DNA from: a virus
Lineage: Duplodnaviria > Heunggongvirae > Uroviricota > Caudoviricetes
Length of the DNA: 5,540 bases
Direction: 5' to 3' (one strand)
Virus record (IMG/VR): IMGVR_UViG_2671180724_000012
A program made the position numbers and the translations under genes. How positions within the stretch are numbered: position 1 is the stretch's first letter; each line of letters opens with the position of its first letter. This document shows positions 1 through 5,540 of the stretch, in pieces. The notes under the pieces were generated by a model. That model saw only the letters and a list, made by a program, of their open reading frames with translations. It searched no databases and was not told where the DNA came from.

Positions 1-1443
1 TTCAGTGGTCTGCCGCTCGGGGAATACACCCTGACAGTCAGGGCAATTAACAGTTATGGCCAGCAGGGCGAACCGGCCACCACCACGTTCAGGATTAATG
101 CACCTGCGGTACCCGCCACGATTGAGCTGACACCGGGCTATTTTCAGATAACAGCGGTCCCGCGTCTTGCGGTGTATGACCCGACGGTACAGTTTGAATT
201 CTGGTTTTCGGAGGCAAAAATCGCAGACACCGCACAGGTGGAAACCGCTGCCCGTTATCTGGGGACCGGCAGCCAGTGGAGCGTCTCCGGCAGCCGGATT
301 AAGCCGGGGACGGATTTCTGGTTTTACGTGCGCAGCGTCAACCTGGTGGGGAAATCTGCTTTTGTGGAAGCCAGTGGCCGGGCCAGCAATGATGCAGAAG
401 GGTATCTGGGGCTGTTTCGGGAAAAAATAGGAAAACTGCATCTGGCTCAGGGGCTGTGGGAGCTGATAGACAACAGCCAGCTTGCGGATGAGATGGCGGA
501 GATGAAGACCACCATCACCGAAACCCGCAATGAAATCACACAGACGGTCAGTAAAACGCTGGAAGACCAGAGCGCCACCATTCAGCAGATACAGCGCGTG
601 CAGAAGGACACAAATGATGACCTGGCTGCGCTGTACATGCTGAAGGTTCAAAAAACGAAAGACGGCATTCCCTATGTGGCCGGGATTGGTGCAGGGATTG
701 AGGATACTGATGGCCAGCCACTGAGCAACATACTGCTGCTGGCTGACCGTATCGCGATGATAAATCCGGAGAACGGCAACAGCACGCCGTTATTTGTGGC
801 GCAGGGGAATCAGCTGTTCATGAACGACGTGTTCCTGAAGCGGCTGTTTGCGGTGAGTATCACCTCGTCCGGCAATCCCCCGACGTTTTCCCTGACGCCG
901 GAGGGCAGGCTGACCGCAAGAAATGCTGATATCAGCGGTAACGTGAATGCGAATTCCGGGACGCTCAACAACGTCACGATTAACGAGAACTGTCGGGTTC
1001 TGGGAAAACTGTCCGCGAACCAGATTGAAGGCGATCTCGTTAAAACAGTGGGCAAAGCTTTCCCCCGGGATTCCCGTGCACCGGAGCGGTGGCCATCAGG
1101 GACCATTACCGTCAGGGTTTATGACGATCAGCCGTTTGACCGGCAAATTGTTATTCCGGCGGTGGCATTCAGCGGCGCTAAACATGAGAGAGAGCATACT
1201 GATATTTACTCCTCATGCCGTCTGATAGTGCGGAAAAACGGTGCTGAAATTTATAACCGTACCGCGCTGGATAATACGCTGATTTACAGTGGCGTTATTG
1301 ATATGCCTGCCGGTCACGGTCACATGACGCTGGAGTTTTCGGTGTCAGCATGGCTGGTAAATAACTGGTATCCCACAGCAAGTATCAGCGATCTGCTGGT
1401 TGTGGTGATGAAAAAATCCACAGCAGGTATCAGTATCAGCTGA
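1..1443 (+). CDS. J: Tail-tip / host-specificity protein J, C-terminal portion (5' end lies upstream of the window)
   Basis: Frame 1 is open from position 1 to TGA at 1441..1443; the ORF track only begins at an internal GTG at 172. Translation ([25 protein letters not shown]...[13 protein letters not shown]...[18 protein letters not shown]...[19 protein letters not shown]...) matches, from memory, the C-terminal part of lambda J including its receptor-binding end. No search was run. Confidence 0.85.
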   Translation, partial: FSGLPLGEYTLTVRAINSYGQQGEPATTTFRINAPAVPATIELTPGYFQITAVPRLAVYDPTVQFEFWFSEAKIADTAQVETAARYLGTGSQWSVSGSRIKPGTDFWFYVRSVNLVGKSAFVEASGRASNDAEGYLGLFREKIGKLHLAQGLWELIDNSQLADEMAEMKTTITETRNEITQTVSKTLEDQSATIQQIQRVQKDTNDDLAALYMLKVQKTKDGIPYVAGIGAGIEDTDGQPLSNILLLADRIAMINPENGNSTPLFVAQGNQLFMNDVFLKRLFAVSITSSGNPPTFSLTPEGRLTARNADISGNVNANSGTLNNVTINENCRVLGKLSANQIEGDLVKTVGKAFPRDSRAPERWPSGTITVRVYDDQPFDRQIVIPAVAFSGAKHEREHTDIYSSCRLIVRKNGAEIYNRTALDNTLIYSGVIDMPAGHGHMTLEFSVSAWLVNNWYPTASISDLLVVVMKKSTAGISIS

Positions 1444-1461
1444 ATTTTATAACCCAGAACG

Positions 1462-1488
1462 GGCGTCAGAAATGACGCCTTTTTTATT
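1462..1488 (+). terminator. Rho-independent terminator-like hairpin after J (stem GGCGTCA / TGACGCC, loop GAAA, then T6-A-TT)
   Basis: Perfect 7-bp inverted repeat at 1462..1468 and 1473..1479 with a 4-nt loop, followed directly by TTTTTTATT. It lies 19 nt after the J stop. Confidence 0.7.
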
Positions 1489-1509
1489 GCAGAAAAGCGA
1501 GAGGTAATT

Positions 1510-2109
1510 ATGCGTAAACTTTATGCCGCCATTTTGTCCGCAGCCATTTGTCTGACCGTATCCGGTGCGCCTGCATGGGCGTCTGAGCAGCAGGCCACGC
1601 TGAGCGCGGGGTATCTTCATGCCCGGACGAACGCTCCCGGTAGCGATAATCTTAACGGGATTAACGTGAAATACCGTTATGAATTCACGGACACGCTGGG
1701 GCTGGTGACGTCATTCAGCTATGCAGGAGACAGGAATCGCCAGATTACCCGTTACAGCGATACCCGCTGGCATGAAGATTCCGTGCGTAACCGCTGGTTC
1801 AGCGTAATGGCGGGGCCGTCTGTGCGCGTGAATGAATGGTTCAGCGCGTATGCGATGGCGGGAGTGGCTTACAGCCGTGTGTCGACTTTCTCCGGGGATT
1901 ATCTTCGCGTAACTGACAACAAGGGGAAAACGCACGATGTGCTGACCGGAAGTGATGACGGTCGCCACAGCAACACGTCTCTGGCGTGGGGAGCTGGCGT
2001 GCAGTTTAACCCGACCGAATCCGTGGCCATTGATGTCGCTTATGAAGGCTCCGGCAGTGGTGACTGGCGCACTGACGGATTCATCGTGGGTGTTGGTTAT
2101 AAATTCTGA
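1510..2109 (+). CDS. lom: Lom (Ail/Lom/OmpX/PagC-family outer-membrane beta-barrel protein), copy 1, 199 aa
   Basis: ATG at 1510 is preceded by GAGAGG about 6 nt upstream. N-terminus [24 protein letters not shown] is a classic signal peptide with an A-x-A cleavage site. The C-terminus ...[23 protein letters not shown] ends in an aromatic residue and matches the lambda Lom C-terminus as I recall it. Confidence 0.9.
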   Translation: MRKLYAAILSAAICLTVSGAPAWASEQQATLSAGYLHARTNAPGSDNLNGINVKYRYEFTDTLGLVTSFSYAGDRNRQITRYSDTRWHEDSVRNRWFSVMAGPSVRVNEWFSAYAMAGVAYSRVSTFSGDYLRVTDNKGKTHDVLTGSDDGRHSNTSLAWGAGVQFNPTESVAIDVAYEGSGSGDWRTDGFIVGVGYKF

Positions 2110-2135
2110 TTAGCCAGGTAACACAGTGTTATGAC

Positions 2136-2162
2136 AGCCCGCCGGTTCAGGCGGGCTTTTTT
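2136..2162 (+). terminator. Rho-independent terminator-like hairpin after lom copy 1 (stem AGCCCGCC / GGCGGGCT, loop GGTTCA, then T-run)
   Basis: Perfect 8-bp GC-rich inverted repeat at 2136..2143 and 2150..2157, followed by TTTTTTGT. It lies between the lom stop (2109) and the stf start. Confidence 0.75.
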
Positions 2163-2173
2163 GTGGGGTGAAT

Positions 2174-2773
2174 ATGGCAGTAAAAATTTCAGGTGTACTG
2201 AAAGACGGCACAGGAAAACCGGTACAGAACTGCACAATCCAGCTGAAAGCAAAACGTAACAGTACCACGGTGGTGGTGAACACGCTGGCATCTGAAAATC
2301 CGGATGAAGCCGGGCGTTACAGTATGGACGTTGAGTACGGTCAGTACAGCGTTATTCTGTTGGTGGAAGGATTCCCGCCGTCACATGCCGGGACCATCAC
2401 AGTGTATGAAGATTCCCGACCCGGTACGCTGAATGATTTTCTCGGTGCCATGACGGAGGATGATGCCCGTCCGGAGGCACTGCGCCGTTTTGAACTGATG
2501 GTGGAAGAGGTGGCGCGTCACGCAGAGGAGGCGAAGAAGAATGCCGGAGAGGCGGAGACGTCAGCGAGGAATGCCGGCATATCAGCCAGTCAGGCAGAAG
2601 AGGGCGCTGCAAATGCTGACACTTCAGCAGGGGAGGCATCGGAGTCAGCCCGGCAGGCGGCAGAAAGTGCAGCCGCTGCAAAGCAGTCAGAGGAAGCGTC
2701 CTCGTCCTCGGCCTCTGCGGCCGCTCAAAAAGCCAGTGAGTCATCACAAAGTGCAGCAAAAAGAGCATACTGA
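2174..2773 (+). pseudogene. stf: Side tail fibre stf, interrupted copy: 195 N-terminal Stf codons, then 4 junction-derived codons and a stop
   Basis: ATG at 2174 (the ORF track starts at an upstream GTG at 2168) with GGGGTG upstream. [37 protein letters not shown]... matches the lambda Stf N-terminus from memory. Identity with the downstream stf copy (4433..) ends at 2758; the frame then reads K-R-A-Y and stops at TGA 2771..2773 inside J-derived sequence. Confidence 0.75.
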
Positions 2774-3014
2774 TATTTACTCCTCATGCCGTCTGATAGT
2801 GCGGAAAAACGGTGCTGAAATTTATAACCGTACCGCGCTGGATAATACGCTGATTTACAGTGGCGTTATTGATATGCCTGCCGGTCACGGTCACATGACA
2901 CTGGAGTTTTCGGTGTCAGCATGGCTGGTAAATAACTGGTATCCCACAGCAAGTATCAGCGATTTGCTGGTTGTGGTGATGAAGAAAGCCACTACAGGCA
3001 TCACGATTAGCTGA
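2762..3014 (+). pseudogene. Orphan 3' fragment of J (last 84 codons), divergent copy, with no start codon of its own
   Basis: 2762..3014 aligns colinearly with 1191..1443 ([75 protein letters not shown]...). Substitutions are concentrated in the last 8 codons (STAGISIS versus ATTGITIS). It is in a different frame from the stf fragment upstream; the ORF 2541..3014 is an alternate-frame read of stf that runs into this remnant. Confidence 0.7.
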
Positions 3015-3033
3015 ATTTTATAACCCAGATACG

Positions 3034-3060
3034 GGCACCAGAAATGGTGCCTTTTTTATT
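3034..3060 (+). terminator. Rho-independent terminator-like hairpin after the J fragment (stem GGCACCA / TGGTGCC, loop GAAA, then T-run)
   Basis: Paralog of the 1462..1488 hairpin. Two stem positions differ, and both changes are compensated on the opposite arm (G:C to A:T, and T:A to C:G). Confidence 0.7.
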
Positions 3061-3081
3061 GCAGAAAAGCGAGAGGTAATT

Positions 3082-3681
3082 ATGCGTAAAGTTTGTGCAG
3101 CCATTTTGTCCGCAGCCATCTGTCTGGCCGTATCCGGTGCGCCTGCATGGGCGTCTGAGCAGCAGGCCACACTGAGCGCAGGGTATCTTCATGCCCGTAC
3201 GAACGCTCCCGGCAGCGATAATCTGAACGGGATTAACGTGAAATACCGTTATGAGTTTACGGACACGCTGGGGCTGATTACGTCATTCAGTTATGCCAAC
3301 GCTGAAGATGAGCAAAAAACGCATTACAGCGATACCCGCTGGCATGAAGATTCCGTGCGTAACCGCTGGTTCAGCGTGATGGCGGGGCCGTCTGTGCGCG
3401 TGAATGAATGGTTCAGCGCGTATGCGATGGCGGGTGTGGCTTACAGCCGTGTGTCGACTTTCTCCGGGGATTATCTGCAGGTGACCGACAATACGGGGAA
3501 AACGCACGATGTGCTGACCGGAAGTGATGACGGTCGCCACAGCAACACGTCTCTGGCGTGGGGGGCTGGCGTGCAGTTTAACCCGACAGAATCCGTGGCC
3601 GTTGATGTCGCTTATGAAGGCTCCGGCAGCGGTGACTGGCGTACCAACAGTTTCATCGTTGGTGTCGGTTATAAATTCTGA
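3082..3681 (+). CDS. lom: Lom (Ail/Lom/OmpX/PagC-family outer-membrane protein), copy 2, divergent paralog, 199 aa
   Basis: Same length and RBS as copy 1, with intact signal peptide and C-terminal beta-signal. It differs from copy 1 at about 17 residues: 8 of the 9 codons 73-81 (GDRNRQITR versus NAEDEQKTH), plus L4V, Y5C, T16A, V66I, R134Q, K138T, I175V, D189N, G190S. Confidence 0.9.
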   Translation: MRKVCAAILSAAICLAVSGAPAWASEQQATLSAGYLHARTNAPGSDNLNGINVKYRYEFTDTLGLITSFSYANAEDEQKTHYSDTRWHEDSVRNRWFSVMAGPSVRVNEWFSAYAMAGVAYSRVSTFSGDYLQVTDNTGKTHDVLTGSDDGRHSNTSLAWGAGVQFNPTESVAVDVAYEGSGSGDWRTNSFIVGVGYKF

Positions 3682-3707
3682 TTAGCCAGGTAACACAGTG
3701 TTATGAC

Positions 3708-3734
3708 AGCCCGCCGGTTCAGGCGGGCTTTTTT
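3708..3734 (+). terminator. Rho-independent terminator-like hairpin after lom copy 2
   Basis: Same AGCCCGCC-GGTTCA-GGCGGGCT hairpin and T-run as 2136..2162. Confidence 0.75.
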
Positions 3735-3745
3735 GTGGGGTGAAT

Positions 3746-3967
3746 ATGGCAGTAAAGATTTCAGGTGTACTGAAAGACGGTGCAGGTAAACCGGTACAGA
3801 ACTGCACAATCCAGCTGAAAGCAAAACGTAACAGCACCACGGTGGTGGTGAACACGCTGGCCTCAGAAAATCCGGATGAAGCCGGGCGTTACAGTATGGA
3901 CGTTGAGTACGGTCAGTACAGCGTTATTCTGTTGGTGGAAGGATTCCCGCCGTCACATGCATGGTGA
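3746..3967 (+). pseudogene. stf: stf 5' fragment, divergent copy: 71 Stf codons plus 2 junction codons, then TGA
   Basis: ATG at 3746 (upstream GTG at 3740). [20 protein letters not shown]...GFPPSH follows Stf to 3960, where the sequence switches into mid-lom; the frame stops at TGA 3965..3967. About 8 nucleotide differences from 2174..2388. Confidence 0.7.
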
Positions 3968-4368
3968 CGTCATTCAGCTATGCAGGAGACAGGAATCGCC
4001 AGATTACCCGTTACAGCGATACCCGCTGGCATGAAGATTCCGTGCGTAACCGCTGGTTCAGCGTAATGGCGGGGCCGTCTGTGCGCGTGAATGAATGGTT
4101 CAGCGCGTATGCGATGGCGGGAGTGGCTTACAGCCGTGTGTCGACTTTCTCCGGGGATTATCTTCGCGTAACTGACAACAAGGGGAAAACGCACGATGTG
4201 CTGACCGGAAGTGATGACGGTCGCCACAGCAACACGTCTCTGGCGTGGGGAGCTGGCGTGCAGTTTAACCCGACCGAATCCGTGGCCATTGATGTCGCTT
4301 ATGAAGGCTCCGGCAGTGGTGACTGGCGCACTGACGGATTCATCGTGGGTGTTGGTTATAAATTCTGA
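3961..4368 (+). pseudogene. lom: lom 3' fragment (codons 65-199 of copy 1, with no signal peptide); the junction base creates an in-frame ATG
   Basis: 3962..4368 is identical to 1703..2109. Base 3961 is A where lom copy 1 has C at the matching position, so the lom Leu65 codon CTG becomes ATG. There is no Shine-Dalgarno sequence upstream, and the fragment lacks the signal peptide and the first beta-strands. Confidence 0.7.
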
Positions 4369-5017
4369 TTAGCCAGGTAACACAGTGTTATGACAGCCCG
4401 CCGGTTCAGGCGGGCTTTTTTGTGGGGTGAATATGGCAGTAAAAATTTCAGGTGTACTGAAAGACGGCACAGGAAAACCGGTACAGAACTGCACAATCCA
4501 GCTGAAAGCAAAACGTAACAGTACCACGGTGGTGGTGAACACGCTGGCATCTGAAAATCCGGATGAAGCCGGGCGTTACAGTATGGACGTTGAGTACGGT
4601 CAGTACAGCGTTATTCTGTTGGTGGAAGGATTCCCGCCGTCACATGCCGGGACCATCACAGTGTATGAAGATTCCCGACCCGGTACGCTGAATGATTTTC
4701 TCGGTGCCATGACGGAGGATGATGCCCGTCCGGAGGCACTGCGCCGTTTTGAACTGATGGTGGAAGAGGTGGCGCGTCACGCAGAGGAGGCGAAGAAGAA
4801 TGCCGGAGAGGCGGAGACGTCAGCGAGGAATGCCGGCATATCAGCCAGTCAGGCAGAAGAGGGCGCTGCAAATGCTGACACTTCAGCAGGGGAGGCATCG
4901 GAGTCAGCCCGGCAGGCGGCAGAAAGTGCAGCCGCTGCAAAGCAGTCAGAGGAAGCGTCCTCGTCCTCGGCCTCTGCGGCCGCTCAAAAAGCCAGTGAGT
5001 CATCACAAAGTGCAGCA
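3962..5017 (+). repeat. Segmental repeat, unit C (exact 1,056-bp copy of 1703..2758: lom 3' part, terminator, stf 5' part)
   Basis: Line-by-line comparison with 1703..2758 showed no mismatches. Beyond 5017 the sequence continues as genuine stf, whereas the first copy breaks off at 2759. Confidence 0.85.
4395..4421 (+). terminator. Rho-independent terminator-like hairpin after the lom 3' fragment
   Basis: Identical to 2136..2162 (offset 2259). Confidence 0.75.
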
Positions 5018-5540
5018 GAAGCTGAATTGTCAAGAAAGACGGCAGAAAGTGCAGCCGGTAATGCAGCCAGGGATGCAACGACCGCAACAGAAAAAGCCCG
5101 GGAGTCAGCAGAAAGCGCACAGTCAGCGGAACAAAGCAGGATAGCGGCGGAAGAGGCCGTAAACCGAATCCCCACCGTGGTGGGACCTCCCGGGCCAAAG
5201 GGGGAACAGGGGCCCGCGGGTCCTCAGGGGCCGAAGGGTGATAAGGGAGAGCGCGGTGACACCGGCCCTGTCGGGGCAACCGGCGAACGGGGACCGGCAG
5301 GTGATGCTGGTCCGGCAGGCCCGCAGGGGCCGAAAGGTGACAGGGGAGAGCGGGGAGAGACCGGTCTGACGGGAAATGCAGGTCCACAGGGTCCAAAGGG
5401 AGATACCGGTGCGGCAGGCCCGGCAGGCCCACAGGGACCGAAAGGAGAAACAGGTGCGGCTGGCCAGGTGGGGGCAACCGGACCTCAGGGACCGAAGGGC
5501 GACCCGGGGGAGACACAAATCCGTTTTCGTCTGGGGCCGG
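4433..5540 (+). CDS. stf: Side tail fibre protein Stf, apparently intact 5' portion (3' end beyond the window); Ala/Glu/Ser-rich region followed by a collagen-like Gly-X-Y domain
   Basis: ATG at 4433 with the same RBS context as 2174. I translated the frame by hand to the window end and found no stop. The sequence is identical to 2174..2758 through 5017, then continues ...[82 protein letters not shown]... Confidence 0.85.
   Translation, partial: MAVKISGVLKDGTGKPVQNCTIQLKAKRNSTTVVVNTLASENPDEAGRYSMDVEYGQYSVILLVEGFPPSHAGTITVYEDSRPGTLNDFLGAMTEDDARPEALRRFELMVEEVARHAEEAKKNAGEAETSARNAGISASQAEEGAANADTSAGEASESARQAAESAAAAKQSEEASSSSASAAAQKASESSQSAAEAELSRKTAESAAGNAARDATTATEKARESAESAQSAEQSRIAAEEAVNRIPTVVGPPGPKGEQGPAGPQGPKGDKGERGDTGPVGATGERGPAGDAGPAGPQGPKGDRGERGETGLTGNAGPQGPKGDTGAAGPAGPQGPKGETGAAGQVGATGPQGPKGDPGETQIRFRLGP
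5183..5515 (+). repeat. Collagen-like triple-helix repeat coding region within stf (37 uninterrupted Gly-X-Y triplets with recurring GPQGPKGD units)
   Basis: Hand translation of the stf frame gives [111 protein letters not shown]. The nucleotide sequence is correspondingly periodic and GC-rich. Confidence 0.85.

Larger units (their letters stand above)
1191..2758 (+). repeat. Segmental repeat, unit A (J 3' end, terminator, lom, terminator, stf 5' part)
   Basis: Colinear with unit B (2762..3960, offsets 1571/1572) and, over 1703..2758, 100% identical to unit C (3962..5017). Confidence 0.85.
2762..3960 (+). repeat. Segmental repeat, unit B (divergent copy of J 3' end, terminator, lom, terminator, stf 5' end)
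   Basis: Roughly 93-96% identical by eye to 1191..2388, with a 1-nt insertion in the J-lom spacer and one hypervariable block in lom. Confidence 0.85.

Noticed and set aside
167-1225. Small ORFs inside J (167..430 +, 947..1225 +, 810..1106 -)
   Set aside because: They are out of frame with, or antisense to, the long lambda-J-like reading frame that is open from position 1 to 1443.
1487-1509. A sigma-70 promoter for lom in the 20-nt gap between the terminator and the lom RBS (TTGCAG ... GGTAAT)
   Set aside because: The spacing between the candidate -35 and -10 hexamers is too short, and the -10 overlaps the Shine-Dalgarno sequence; I could not support it from sequence alone.
1711-1968. Minus-strand 85-aa ORFs embedded in each lom copy (1711..1968, 3283..3540, 3970..4227)
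   Set aside because: They lie entirely antisense within a well-supported lom CDS and recur only because lom is repeated; no independent start or RBS signal.
2097-2291. 64-aa minus-strand ORFs across the lom-stf spacer (2097..2291 and 4356..4550)
   Set aside because: They run antisense through the terminator hairpin and the stf start region; no supporting signals.
2757-2765. Programmed ribosomal frameshift at the A-run joining stf to the J fragment
   Set aside because: The run (CAAAAAG) does not fit a canonical X-XXY-YYZ heptamer in the stf frame, a +1 shift would be required, and there is no obvious downstream stimulatory structure. A homopolymer miscall is the simpler way to get an in-frame fusion and is reported as a finding.
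2541-3014. 157-aa plus-strand ORF spanning the stf/J junction (with a similar ORF at 4800..5144)
   Set aside because: Its first part is an alternate-frame read of the Ala/Glu-rich stf region (Arg/Gln/Pro-rich, low-complexity); only the last 84 codons are meaningful, as the J remnant. It is not a genuine fusion gene as written.
1191-3014. Diversity-generating retroelement (template repeat / variable repeat pair) targeting the fibre tip
   Set aside because: Differences between the two J-tail copies are of all substitution types and are not restricted to adenine positions; the repeats are 250 bp and longer, with whole genes co-duplicated; no reverse-transcriptase ORF is present in the window.
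2759-3961. Invertible tail-fibre segment (Gin/Cin/Pin-type) or shufflon
   Set aside because: All repeats are in direct orientation; there are no flanking inverted crossover sites and no invertase gene.
1191-5017. CRISPR array, or an IS or transposon insertion, explaining the repeats
   Set aside because: Repeat units are kilobase-scale gene copies and not 25-50 bp repeats separated by spacers. No transposase ORF, terminal inverted repeats or target-site duplications flank the 2759..5017 insert.
4656-5516. Minus-strand ORFs of 286 aa (4656..5516) and 131 aa (5123..5518), rich in Pro, Arg and Leu
   Set aside because: They are the antisense of the stf Ala-rich and collagen-repeat coding region. 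GC-rich codon periodicity suppresses stops on the opposite strand; there is no RBS and the translation is low-complexity. The sense strand carries a strongly supported stf.

Overview
This window is the distal tail-fibre region of a lambdoid (lambda-like) prophage, most likely from an enterobacterial host: the 3' end of the tail-tip/host-specificity gene J, the outer-membrane 'moron' gene lom, and the side-tail-fibre gene stf, all on the + strand. The gene calls rest on my reading of the translations and on recalled similarity to phage lambda J, Lom and Stf; no database search was run. The notable feature is that the locus is not a simple J-lom-stf: a 2,259-bp block (2759..5017) sits inside stf. 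That block holds a divergent second copy of the J 3' end, a full lom paralog and an stf 5' end (2762..3960, roughly 93-96% identical by eye), followed by a 100% identical re-copy of 1703..2758 (at 3962..5017). Two abrupt junctions (2759..2761 and 3961) leave one stf fragment stopping 4 codons past the first junction, a second stf 5' fragment, an 84-codon J fragment and a lom 3' fragment, alongside two intact lom paralogs. The two lom copies differ mainly in a 9-codon block that I infer to be a surface loop. Every gene is followed by a hairpin plus T-run terminator, and the two post-J hairpins differ by two fully compensated base pairs. The final stf copy runs out of the window and encodes 37 uninterrupted Gly-X-Y collagen-like triplets. 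I see no defence system, CRISPR array, integrase, transposase or RNA gene; the candidate novelty is the mosaic rearrangement itself, which could be real inter-prophage recombination or an assembly chimera.
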